A DNA stretch of 64,000 nucleotides from a virus, in IMG/VR virus record IMGVR_UViG_3300045120_000483, positions 32,001 through 96,000 of that record; one strand, 5' to 3'. The position numbers were made by a program, and so were the translations under genes. The first letter of the stretch is position 1; every line of letters starts with the position of its first letter. The notes under the pieces are model-generated. The model was not told the DNA's origin and made no database searches. It saw nothing but the letters and a program-made list of their open reading frames with translations. This document shows, one piece after another, positions 38,621-47,404 of the stretch.

Positions 38621-40070
38621 TAAGTCCTATTTGGTAAAGTTTGTAATCGTATTGTTCTTCATTATAAAGCTTAATTCTCTCCATGCTATGTTTAATGATA
38701 GTATTCGGTCTATCCTTATAAGTCATATCATCAGCAATATCATAAAGTGTACAAGTTTGACCTTTGTATTTCCTCAGACCTCTTCCGATAGACTGAAGGA
38801 CCTTGATTTTTGATTTGTAGGGACTACCGAATATGATGTGTTTCAGGGTCGGAGCATCAAACCCCTCCGACACACACCCGTAACTCCCCAACAAAACAGC
38901 ATTGGACTGGTTTGCCAGCTTGGCCCTGATAAGCTCCCGCTCATTCAATCCGGTACCTCCATAAATCAAATGAAGGGGACGATCCGGGGGAAGGAGCTTC
39001 TTCAGGTCCTCATAAAGAATTTTGCCATGTTTATCCACAAGGCGGAAAAGAATTATTGTATTCCCTTTAAGGGATAATGTCAAGTTGTTTATGTATCTCT
39101 TTCGACATTCTTGAGAAAGTATATATTCTAGCTCAGCGGGATAATCCGGATGATATCCCAGACCCTTACAGATAGGGTCCGGATACCTCAGGGATAGCAC
39201 TTTTATCTTAAGTTGGGCAACATCTCCCCTGTCCATCAGTTCTTTGGTAGTTACGACCTTATGAATAGGGCCCAGAAGTCCTTCTATTACCCACTGGTTC
39301 ATTTCAACATCATCTAGGGTACCGGTGAAGCCATAGCGGTATTCGACGCCCCTACAGGCCTCTAAAACGTTCTTAATAGATTGGGACTTCGCTCCATGGA
39401 CCTCATCGACCATAACCAGTTCAAATTGGTTAAAATATTCCGGGGGTTCCTGATAAATCGACTGCCAAGTGCTGACCACAATCGTTTTGTCTGTTTTTTT
39501 AGATTGTCCCTCATAGATCGGATGAACTTCCCGGGGGTCCAGGCCATATTCTTTAAAATGCCCAATTAGCTGTTCAACCAACCCAATCCGGGGGACGATA
39601 ATCAGGGTCTTCATTCCCATGAAGTATCGCACCAAAAGATAGATAATCAGGCTTTTACCGGATGCAGTCGGAGAGATATAGACCCCCCGCTTCTCCCGGG
39701 CGGCCTTGATGAAAGTGTCTAGCTGATAATCTCTAACAGGAAAAGGAAGCTTCAGGGATTTGATGAAATCCTCTGCTTCAACAACGGAGAACTCATTCTG
39801 AATGATAGGATTGGCAAACTCAACGGAATAACCATTATCCTTCGCGAAATGCTCCAGATGATGACGTAGCCCCGCATAAAGCCGGGACCTACCCTTCTGG
39901 AAAAGATGTAATTTTCCGTCCCAGTTCTTCAGACGGGGCGACCTCTTCCTCATGTGTTCCGCGTTGGGAACATCAAAGGTAAAGGCGTCGTAAAGCTCCA
40001 GGGCTATGTGTTCTTCGCACTCAATTCGATCATAAACTGAATTTACCGAAAATACTTTAATGTCAGACAC
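38598..40070 (-). CDS. uvsW: SF2 helicase UvsW
   Basis: WDGK, RDYQ, PTASGKS, TWQS, DEVH, TGT, QSIGRGLR. Confidence 0.95.
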   Translation of the reverse strand: MSDIKVFSVNSVYDRIECEEHIALELYDAFTFDVPNAEHMRKRSPRLKNWDGKLHLFQKGRSRLYAGLRHHLEHFAKDNGYSVEFANPIIQNEFSVVEAEDFIKSLKLPFPVRDYQLDTFIKAAREKRGVYISPTASGKSLIIYLLVRYFMGMKTLIIVPRIGLVEQLIGHFKEYGLDPREVHPIYEGQSKKTDKTIVVSTWQSIYQEPPEYFNQFELVMVDEVHGAKSQSIKNVLEACRGVEYRYGFTGTLDDVEMNQWVIEGLLGPIHKVVTTKELMDRGDVAQLKIKVLSLRYPDPICKGLGYHPDYPAELEYILSQECRKRYINNLTLSLKGNTIILFRLVDKHGKILYEDLKKLLPPDRPLHLIYGGTGLNERELIRAKLANQSNAVLLGSYGCVSEGFDAPTLKHIIFGSPYKSKIKVLQSIGRGLRKYKGQTCTLYDIADDMTYKDRPNTIIKHSMERIKLYNEEQYDYKLYQIGLNEKKEAV

Positions 40071-40896
40071 TTACAGTTGTATTTACACTCCTATAATTCT
40101 CTTCAGCTACTTCACTGACAGCTACAACAATTTTTTCAATATCAGCACAATAATGACCGGCCGAATGAAAGTCACCCATTTCTATAATTTTCAATTCCCC
40201 ATCCTCCATCGCTCCAATATCAAGAACCAAAACCAGGGTCGGATTCCACTCTCTTATTCGCTCTTCCGCAAAAGTAATTACTTGTGGAGGTACATAAGGA
40301 CTTTTTCTTAATTGCCCATCTACCCGATAGAGACTTCCGGTAACAACCTTTCCATCCACAATAAACAACCTCCATTCCTGTTCGATCACCTTAGGTAGGG
40401 AAACAGCAATTAAGAGGGACCCATCAAATTCATATCCACCTTTGCAAATTTCTTCAGACCATTTACAAAGGGAATTCACTGTCATAAGCATCCCATCAAA
40501 CTGCTTCATATCCCCATTAGGACGAACAAAAACCTTATCATTTTGTCTATATGAAAAAAGTTTTGTTGAAACTACCCCAAGAGGAAGAATACTGGCATCA
40601 TGATTGACCATGTACGGACCCCAATGATCTAAATAATTCTTTACCGTAAAAATATTCTCATCAAAAAAAGCCCCCGGGCTCCATCGGCCGGAATCCACTA
40701 CATTTTTAATAAAACGGGTAGAACCATAAGCAATAATTGGACCATCATGATTTATAACAAGAAGACCTTCCGGACCCGTGAACGGAATTACAACAATACC
40801 TTGAAATGATCGACCATGCTTAATACAAGCTGCTTGTATAGCAGCAGAACTATCCTCATTTAGTAAATTAGATTGGACTACCCAAAGAGCTTTCAT
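40063..40896 (-). CDS. ATP-grasp domain protein (DUF4343/R2K-like)
   Basis: FVRP..D.K.F.G, EWR.F...G..V.GS.Y, D.., IIE...SAG.Y. Confidence 0.75.
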   Translation of the reverse strand: MKALWVVQSNLLNEDSSAAIQAACIKHGRSFQGIVVIPFTGPEGLLVINHDGPIIAYGSTRFIKNVVDSGRWSPGAFFDENIFTVKNYLDHWGPYMVNHDASILPLGVVSTKLFSYRQNDKVFVRPNGDMKQFDGMLMTVNSLCKWSEEICKGGYEFDGSLLIAVSLPKVIEQEWRLFIVDGKVVTGSLYRVDGQLRKSPYVPPQVITFAEERIREWNPTLVLVLDIGAMEDGELKIIEMGDFHSAGHYCADIEKIVVAVSEVAEENYRSVNTTVSV

Positions 40897-40897
40897 T

Positions 40898-41140
40898 TCA
40901 TTTCCCTTCTTTCCAATCCTGCCAAGAAATATATTTTCCTTTCGAAAAAGTCCTTAATTGCTTTCCTCTATCTAAATGATAGAGGATATCAGTTGGATCA
41001 TTGAACCACATCTCAAAGAAACACTCCGGATCAGTCGCGTGATTATCCAGACATTCCTGACAAAACCCCAGGCTATAAGGTGCGGATGTCGCATACACAC
41101 CAACTATCGGCCGCTCCCTATCACAAATTCCACAGTTCAT
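40898..41140 (-). CDS. small zinc-finger hypothetical protein
   Basis: CxxC...CxxC. Confidence 0.5.
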   Translation of the reverse strand: MNCGICDRERPIVGVYATSAPYSLGFCQECLDNHATDPECFFEMWFNDPTDILYHLDRGKQLRTFSKGKYISWQDWKEGK

Positions 41141-41257
41141 TTCTTTCCAAACCTTTTATTCATCCAATCCGATATTAGAATAATCAACGAAATTATCATT
41201 CTTAAGATAAATTCCACGATTGACCAAAATTTATGTTTTTTATCCCACCGGTACGGC

Positions 41258-41680
41258 TCACCCATTTTTCATCTTCTCTTCCAGAATCGCATTACGACGG
41301 GCCTGAATATGTTCAGAAAAGTCATTATCCAGGTTACTAGCAGAAGTGTGATACCTAGAAAGATGATCCAGGACCCGGTTATCGCCAAAATGATAAGTGC
41401 GTATGACCTCTTGGTTTTTAACCCTTCCAGGCTGGTCTTTATTGATCTGAGCAACAATCCAGGGCTCCAATAGCTTTCCCAACGCCGAAAAGGCCTCAGA
41501 GAAGTTCTGCTTCCGGCTGCGTTGCCGCTGTCCGGTGGTTTTCAGACCGGACGGAATGTGAGTGACCCGGCAACAAGCCTGAGATTTATTCCGGTTTTGG
41601 CCGCCGTTCCCTGTTCCGGAAAACCACTCTATCCGGAAGTCTTTTCGGGTGTAACAATATCGTTCGATTCGTTCTGCCAT
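41258..41680 (-). CDS. truncated class I release factor (GGQ peptidyl-tRNA hydrolase domain)
   Basis: SG.G.GGQ..NK, R.TH.PSG, Q..RS..QN, IRTY.F...RV.DH. Confidence 0.85.
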   Translation of the reverse strand: MAERIERYCYTRKDFRIEWFSGTGNGGQNRNKSQACCRVTHIPSGLKTTGQRQRSRKQNFSEAFSALGKLLEPWIVAQINKDQPGRVKNQEVIRTYHFGDNRVLDHLSRYHTSASNLDNDFSEHIQARRNAILEEKMKNG

Positions 41681-42030
41681 GGATGCCGTTCCGGGTTAGG
41701 TACAACAATGAATTCATGATCACTCACAAAGGAGTATTGAATAATCTGGCTGTCGTCGGGAGGGACAGAATTGTACTTCACCCAAGCCACAAATATTCCA
41801 ATCCCCCGGTCGCGACTAACAACAGAATCATTGATTACTCCTCCCTGTTTAAGTAGGGCCAGAACCAACCAAATCCGACTATGAGTGTAAATATCATAGG
41901 AATTCTCCACAGCCTCTTTCAAAGCCGTAAAGACCGTAATGCGGGGGTCCTCAGTCGCTAGAGAAAGGCGGGGGAGAAGACTTACAAGGGCAGTTGCCGC
42001 CACACCCCGAAGCAGATTTCGTCTGTTCAT
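41629..42030 (-). CDS. Tat-signal hypothetical protein
   Basis: MNRRNLL + hydrophobic core + SLA; GGAGA RBS. Confidence 0.55.
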   Translation of the reverse strand: MNRRNLLRGVAATALVSLLPRLSLATEDPRITVFTALKEAVENSYDIYTHSRIWLVLALLKQGGVINDSVVSRDRGIGIFVAWVKYNSVPPDDSQIIQYSFVSDHEFIVVPNPERHPWQNESNDIVTPEKTSG

Positions 42031-42154
42031 TGATCTCTCCTATGACCTGTTCAAGATTATTTCGGGCGTCCTGCACGTCCATCACATCACCGAATCGCGT
42101 CCTAGCTGTGATTAACTGGTCGATAGCCTCAACTAAATCTCTGGCTACCCTCAT
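41951..42154 (-). CDS. hypothetical protein
   Basis: Coupled ORF. Confidence 0.45.
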   Translation of the reverse strand: MRVARDLVEAIDQLITARTRFGDVMDVQDARNNLEQVIGEINEQTKSASGCGGNCPCKSSPPPFSSD

Positions 42155-42345
42155 TATATATTCCTTTGTGACATAAGGTCAATAAGGATTCGAACCGACT
42201 GAGCCAGAACTTGAATGCATTCATTCTGAGCTTGAATGACTAAAGCTAGATCGATAATTTTCTGTCCTAGGAATTCTTGTCGGGCTTTCAAGTCTTCGAT
42301 TTCTTGGGCCACGCTAAAAATGGTTGGAGATGGTTCGTCTGTCAC
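42154..42345 (-). CDS. coiled-coil hypothetical protein
   Basis: Coupled ORF. Confidence 0.5.
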   Translation of the reverse strand: MTDEPSPTIFSVAQEIEDLKARQEFLGQKIIDLALVIQAQNECIQVLAQSVRILIDLMSQRNI

Positions 42346-42542
42346 GTAATTTTCCTTCTGTGACTATTGGTATACAACGGTACATCCTGGGAAAGGAGGA
42401 TAAGAGACTTTTCCAAACGATTGTACTTCTCTTCCAACGTTTGATATTGTTCTTTTGTTACAAACCTGTCGTTTAATATCTCCAGGACAAGTTCGCCTAA
42501 ACGAATACCCAAAGCCTGAGCTTCTTCTACATGTCCCATCAA
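42342..42542 (-). CDS. hypothetical protein
   Basis: Coupled to uvsY. Confidence 0.5.
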   Translation of the reverse strand: MMGHVEEAQALGIRLGELVLEILNDRFVTKEQYQTLEEKYNRLEKSLILLSQDVPLYTNSHRRKIT

Positions 42543-42970
42543 TATTGTCCTTCCTTGAATCTCTCATGCTGCATTAGATTGTTGATGGCTCTGATATGCT
42601 CCGCCACCTGTCGAATGACCAGTTTGGCACACTCCACCCTTAATTCCAGGGCTGAGATGTTCTCTACAAGAACCAACACGTCTTCGTCCGCATCCACATA
42701 GGTCGGAACCTCTGTCTTCAGAATCTTTCCGGAGGCTGGCATTTTCCAACCGGGGCGGGCTTTCGCGGGCCCATACATATAATGTTCATGCTTTTCCAAC
42801 CGAAGCTTCTTCATTTGGCCTTCCAGGCCCCGAAGAGAAGCAACCGCTGAAACATATTCTCTTAAATACTTAGCATGAAGCCGAAGGGCTTCTTCTTGGG
42901 ATTTTCGATAGTTAGTGGGATCGACAACGGTGTCTTTGTCCCATTGTTCTAATAGATTGGTTAGGTTCAT
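42539..42970 (-). CDS. uvsY: recombination mediator UvsY
   Basis: W.KD..D, LHAKYL, Y.G, Y.DADED, F..G end; gp3-uvsY-uvsW synteny. Confidence 0.85.
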   Translation of the reverse strand: MNLTNLLEQWDKDTVVDPTNYRKSQEEALRLHAKYLREYVSAVASLRGLEGQMKKLRLEKHEHYMYGPAKARPGWKMPASGKILKTEVPTYVDADEDVLVLVENISALELRVECAKLVIRQVAEHIRAINNLMQHERFKEGQY

Positions 42971-43068
42971 GTTATCATTTATATCTGAAAATCAACGGCT
43001 TGTCAAGTGAAAAAAGTCTTGACAAGAAATGCCATTTCTACTATTATCCCCAAATCGGAGGAAAACAA

Positions 43069-43533
43069 ATGACCGCCACAATCTTCATAATCTCAGTAAT
43101 GGTCATGAGCTTTCTCCTGGAAAAGGACCATGGCGATAAAGACGTTGCCCTCACCCCGGCTTGGTACCAACATCAGTTTCGGAGGATTTTCAGAATGAAC
43201 ACCTATACCTACACAACCGTAGATAGCAGGGTCTTTGTCATCCGGAATGGCATTGGTCAAGGCTATATCGATGAGACCCCGAATTCATATGTGATGGTCA
43301 TCCATGGCTTTGATTCAACCTTTAATAGCATGAAACCCAAAAGCCTGGATGATGTCAAGAAACTGTTCAATGTCATCCAATCCAGCCTGAACCCCCACTT
43401 TGGTAGGGACCTTGCCCGGGATGTAGCAAATCTGCCTGTTTCGAAAAATTATAGCAAACTTACCAGTTTCGAAAAAGCATGTAATGAACGTAGTTCAAGC
43501 AGGCCTGAGGCCTGCTTAGGCAAGAGCCTATAA
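43069..43533 (+). CDS. early hypothetical protein
   Basis: TTGACA-17-TATTAT promoter at 43019; GGAGG RBS; alternative start at 43195. Confidence 0.55.
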   Translation: MTATIFIISVMVMSFLLEKDHGDKDVALTPAWYQHQFRRIFRMNTYTYTTVDSRVFVIRNGIGQGYIDETPNSYVMVIHGFDSTFNSMKPKSLDDVKKLFNVIQSSLNPHFGRDLARDVANLPVSKNYSKLTSFEKACNERSSSRPEACLGKSL

Positions 43534-44050
43534 TGTTGTTTTTATTACATAATTATTATCTTATTCTTAACAGCAATTGCCTGTGTTCGGAACGCACTTT
43601 TGGCTCCCTGACCAAAAGTGTACTTCCTAGGATAGGTTTTGCCTATGCGTCCCGGAGATAGCACATCGATTTGAACAACTCTCAAGCGGAGAGGAAAGCG
43701 CGGTTGCGCGGCTACTTTTTATGTTCAGGTTTTTCAACCCCAACCTATCATGCCAATCGATCAACAATGATAAGTCCCCGGGTCGCAAGTGAGACGTTGC
43801 CCGGTCGTGCTCCGATAATCAAATCGGAACTTGTCGTAAAGCATCATACCCCAGGCCTTGGGAAGCCTTTTCAAATAGGGATAACCGCCGCTTTCGCCCG
43901 GGGGAGATTCGATAGATCGTTTTCAAAATACGATCACCACTTCAACATGACACGAAAGTTTCAATTTTTGAATGTATGTTACTTATGTACGTATGTGAAA
44001 TGTTTATATATTTTACTTATGAACGCCTATTAGAACACATCTGGAGGGAC
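43490..44050. other. non-coding hairpin-rich region (candidate replication origin or ncRNA)
   Basis: No credible ORF; many inverted repeats; AT-rich flanks; minus-strand TTGACA at about 44053; lies between gp3 and uvsY. Confidence 0.5.
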
Positions 44051-44091
44051 GTGTCAAGCCTTTATTTATTCTCTATTCAAATGTAATACAG

Positions 44092-44622
44092 TTACAGGTC
44101 GCTACCTGATTGATAATCCCAATTGATATACGCAAATGTAGCATTACATTTGATGTGCTTGACCCCGGTAGCTGAGCTAGTGAAGACTATTTTTGACACT
44201 GAGATGGGGAAGGCATCGTAGTAGGTTATGTTGAAATTGGCATTCCTAGCCGAATCCAGGACAGAGACAACAATGTCGCTCTTGACCCCCAGACCGGTCC
44301 ATTGGGGTTGATCGTCCAGGGCCTTGTATTGCTCAAAGTTATCGGCATGAGAAATGGACCTTATCCAGGAATGAACTTCTATCCAGTTTAAAAAATCTTC
44401 ATCGACCAGAAAGGTGATCGAAAGAGGATCGAAATCCAGATGATCTCCGGGTTCTGGAATGGGGACGAAGGGGGTAGATGCGGCCGGGGAAGGTAGATTG
44501 CAGCCCGGAAGCTCCACGTCTGTACAGAGAAAATTCAGGGTCGGGGTCCTTTTCATCAACACCCTGAAATTGATTTGAGAGAGCAGATTGGGGTTGATGA
44601 TGTTATTTTGAAGAGCGGTCAT
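44092..44622 (-). CDS. gp3: tail tube terminator / tail completion protein
   Basis: N.LS..F, LPG, PGD...F..L...F.VDE...N..E...W, AFP.S; late promoter. Confidence 0.85.
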   Translation of the reverse strand: MTALQNNIINPNLLSQINFRVLMKRTPTLNFLCTDVELPGCNLPSPAASTPFVPIPEPGDHLDFDPLSITFLVDEDFLNWIEVHSWIRSISHADNFEQYKALDDQPQWTGLGVKSDIVVSVLDSARNANFNITYYDAFPISVSKIVFTSSATGVKHIKCNATFAYINWDYQSGSDL

Positions 44623-44701
44623 AATGATATTTAGCCCTTGACAAATCGTATAGATGAGATATTGTGTTATATTCAATTGATTTTATGAAAGGGAGGAAAT
44701 T

Positions 44702-45333
44702 ATGAAATTATACAAGTTGACTGATGAAAATTTTCAGACCAAAAACCAGACTCAATGGGGGGAGAACGTCACCCATGAAACTGGTGGGGAAGGTGACCTA
44801 TGCGGCCCCGGTTGGCTTCATGCCTACCTGAATCCTTATCTGGCGGTCCTTCTCTCCCCTTTACATGTTTTCTTTGAGCATCCTGTTCTTTGGGAGGCGG
44901 AGGGGGATGGGACATTCAAATACGAACGCCAGCTTAAGGTGGGTTGTACTAAACTAACAACCCTCAAACAGATACCAATGCCGGTTGTAATGACTGATGA
45001 TATAGGATCAAATTTGCTATTCTTTGTGCCAAAAAGGTTTGTAATGATGAGAAGTGGAACCTATGGGCCGACAAGTGGTTGAGCGGGGAAGATAGGAGCA
45101 GTGAGGCTACTTATGCTGCCTATGCTGTTAATGCTGCTACTTATGCAGCTAATGCTGCTACTTATGCAGCTAATGCTGCTACTTATGCTGCTGCTGCTAC
45201 TTATGCTGCTGCTGCTGCTAATGCTGCTGCTAATGCTGCTACTTATGCAGCTAATGCCGCTCATTATGCTGTTGGTGCTGGTGGTGTCCTTTTCGATCTT
45301 CTTGAGATTGTCAAGGAAATGTGGTCAGAATAA
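44702..45333 (+). pseudogene. frameshifted hypothetical gene with Ala-rich repeat tail
   Basis: The -1 frame from 45001 reads RIKFAILCAKKVC..WADKWLSGEDR and runs into ORF 45079-45333. Confidence 0.6.
45107..45272 (+). repeat. tandem repeat of (GCT)n and ACTTATGCAGCTAATGCTGCT units
   Basis: Imperfect 21-bp units encoding TYAANAA. Confidence 0.85.
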
Positions 45334-45353
45334 ATATACGTAGAGGAGTACTC

Positions 45354-45971
45354 ATGACCCGAAAGTTTTCCAGTTTCCTGAACGAAGCCGCCCGAAAGTC
45401 CCTAAGCCGGGTACAATCTAAATTTGCCAATTCCAACGTGGGAATTATTACGGCCCACCGGGGTAATTACGACGACAAACCCGCCGAAGAGCACGCAGCC
45501 CATAACAATGTTCAGAATGGATACTTAGCTAAAGATATCCGTGCTCATGGTTTTGGGTTCCAACATATTCGGGGTCGTTTTATTGAAAAACACGGTACCC
45601 CTGCGGCTCATCCGGTCGATGAGCACTCCTTCCTGGTCAGTCATCCCAACGCAAACAAGCTGAAGCACTTCCTAACGAAGCACGGGGAGAAGTATGGTCA
45701 GGATTCGGTGCTGTTCAAGCACAAGGATTCGGAGCACGCCCACCTGATCGGGACCAAGGAAGGGGCCTTCCCCGGTAAGGGAGTAGAGCACTCCGTTGGT
45801 AAATTCCATGCCAATCGGTTTCCGGAGTTTCATAGTCTATTGCACCGGGGCGGGGATGCCAAGCCGGGGAAGACTGCCTCCACCAAAAAAGGCTTTGCCT
45901 TTGAGGATTATGAGAACTTTGGGGTCTATATGCCGATTAGTTGGTTTTCCCGCCGGGAAGAACTCTATTAA
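45354..45971 (+). CDS. conserved late protein with capsid-targeting-like N-terminus
   Basis: TAAATA at 45331; MTRKFSSFLNE; IITAHR..N..L..G.GF..G...E..E.SF..KYGQDSVL. Confidence 0.7.
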   Translation: MTRKFSSFLNEAARKSLSRVQSKFANSNVGIITAHRGNYDDKPAEEHAAHNNVQNGYLAKDIRAHGFGFQHIRGRFIEKHGTPAAHPVDEHSFLVSHPNANKLKHFLTKHGEKYGQDSVLFKHKDSEHAHLIGTKEGAFPGKGVEHSVGKFHANRFPEFHSLLHRGGDAKPGKTASTKKGFAFEDYENFGVYMPISWFSRREELY

Positions 45972-46042
45972 GAAATAGCATTCTCTTCTTGACAGAACTG
46001 TTTCTTTCTGGTAGTCTGATTCTCTCTTAAAGGAGGTAAACC

Positions 46043-46249
46043 ATGGTTCAATCAATTCAAGAAAAACGTCAGTATACCGCTCTATTGGACTGTCCCCACG
46101 ACGTTCTTCTGCTGAACGTTCGCAACGTCTATTTTTGTCGGGAATGTGGGGGAGAGGTATCGTTTCGGTGTGTGCGTATCGCGGTGCCGGGACAGGTTCT
46201 TCAAGAAGACGATAAGATTACCTTTTGTGAAGGGGAGAAATCCCTTTGA
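46043..46249 (+). CDS. small zinc-ribbon hypothetical protein
   Basis: TTGACA at 45989; AAGGAGG RBS. Confidence 0.6.
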   Translation: MVQSIQEKRQYTALLDCPHDVLLLNVRNVYFCRECGGEVSFRCVRIAVPGQVLQEDDKITFCEGEKSL

Positions 46250-46272
46250 GCTACTAAAAAGGAGGATATATC

Positions 46273-46515
46273 ATGTTTGGGAATAGGTCTGACCGGTATG
46301 AGGTCGGGGACGTTGTGAAGTTTCGGATATTTGACCCTGATTTTCCGGAACTGGTGGAGTGGGCGGAAGTAGTAGATGCCCTTCAACAAAATTTGGGGAC
46401 CAAACCCTACAGGGTAACGAACATAGAGGACACTAAATTCAAAGCTCATCCTCAGTTTCTTACTATCAACGATGCTTTTACTTATTCCGGCTGGTGGTTT
46501 GAACCGCTTCGATAA
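46273..46515 (+). CDS. hypothetical protein
   Basis: AAGGAGG RBS. Confidence 0.6.
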   Translation: MFGNRSDRYEVGDVVKFRIFDPDFPELVEWAEVVDALQQNLGTKPYRVTNIEDTKFKAHPQFLTINDAFTYSGWWFEPLR

Positions 46516-46523
46516 ATAGGGAT

Positions 46524-46688
46524 ATGGGAAAGAAAAAAGCAGGACAACATGCCACTACCTGCAAGGCATATAAGGCCGGTAAGAGACGCGAAAAGAATAA
46601 GGTTCTCAAGCTACGGCGGCATTTGAAGCGTTTTGGGGATGATGCGGCGGCCCAGGCTTCTCTTGAAAAATATCAAAAAATAGCATAA
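46524..46688 (+). CDS. small basic protein (54 aa, MGKKKAGQ...)
   Basis: Read by hand; TAAATA 5 nt upstream of ATG. Confidence 0.55.
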   Translation: MGKKKAGQHATTCKAYKAGKRREKNKVLKLRRHLKRFGDDAAAQASLEKYQKIA

Positions 46689-46696
46689 AAAGACGC

Positions 46697-46725
46697 TTGA
46701 CAGGGGGTTCGGTTTAGAGTAGACT
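46697..46725 (+). promoter_or_regulatory. sigma70-type early promoter at the start of the RNA island
   Basis: TTGACA-17-TAGACT. Confidence 0.7.
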
Positions 46726-46973
46726 CCAAAATATAGAGAGTGATCAAGAGGGGGAGAGATACCCCCGACATCCTAGTCAGGGGATTAGTCACAACCTGAC
46801 ACAACCCGGAGGCGTGTCATGTAACAAGAATCTCAGCTTTTGGACAGTAGTAATAGATAAAAAGTTGAAGTTTTGTGTTATAATTGGTCGGGTGTCAAGT
46901 GTATGAGGGGGATGGAGGGCTTTAAGCTTAAGTCCCGACAGAGGCCTGTTGAAGTCCCCCTCTTCTAAAATCA

Positions 46974-47076
46974 GTATTCTCAAGCGGGAGGGTGTGGACC
47001 TTTACCTCCTTTCAGGTCCACCGGCCCCTAACACCCGGGTAACCACTAGTTAACCACCCTCCTACTTGAGGATATT
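46974..47076 (+). ncRNA. unidentified structured RNA (long stem with multibranch loop)
   Basis: TATTCTCAAG.GGGAGGGTG pairs with CACCCTCCT.CTTGAGGATA, enclosing hairpins GTGGACCT/AGGTCCAC and TAAC/GTTA. Confidence 0.55.
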
Positions 47077-47084
47077 CTGGAATG

Positions 47085-47159
47085 GAAAGACAGGCCGGTC
47101 CTTTCAGCCGGGGCAGACCCTGATGAAATCTTACAATTGAACCGGGGTTCCTGTCTTTC
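47085..47159 (+). ncRNA. hammerhead-like RNA (type III core, irregular stem I)
   Basis: CCGGTC..CTGATGA-AAT..ATT-GAAACCGG inside a 10-bp stem GAAAGACAGG/CCTGTCTTTC. Confidence 0.35.
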
Positions 47160-47176
47160 TTTTTGAGGATATCATC

Positions 47177-47404
47177 ATGAAATATGTTAGCATTAATAGC
47201 CATACCATCCGGCGAAATAAGAAGCATGGGGAGAATAATCCCCCAATTCGGATAGCCCGAACCCCCTCCGATAAGAAACCGGTCTATGCCTTTGAAGCGG
47301 AGATTGTGGGACCAGCTAAGCTCATTTATAATCCCAAGGCACCAATATTGAAGTGCGGGGCGCGGCTGGTCCTTCAATGTGAAAAAGTAAATATTCTGAA
47401 ATAA
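47177..47404 (+). CDS. conserved phage hypothetical protein
   Basis: IN.H.IR.N.K.G...P, Y...EI.GP....Y.P...CGAR. Confidence 0.7.
   Translation: MKYVSINSHTIRRNKKHGENNPPIRIARTPSDKKPVYAFEAEIVGPAKLIYNPKAPILKCGARLVLQCEKVNILK

Noticed and set aside
1767-40070. Introns or inteins in nrdJ, gp43, gp41 or uvsW
   Set aside because: The ORFs are continuous and of normal length, with no intein or splice motifs.
43671-44033. 120-aa ORF in the gp3-uvsY gap
   Set aside because: TTG start, no RBS and non-protein-like composition; the region is better explained as structured non-coding DNA.
45100-45280. CRISPR array or DGR template repeat
   Set aside because: These are codon-phase low-complexity Ala repeats without unique spacers. 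No reverse transcriptase, cas gene or adenine-variant second copy is present.
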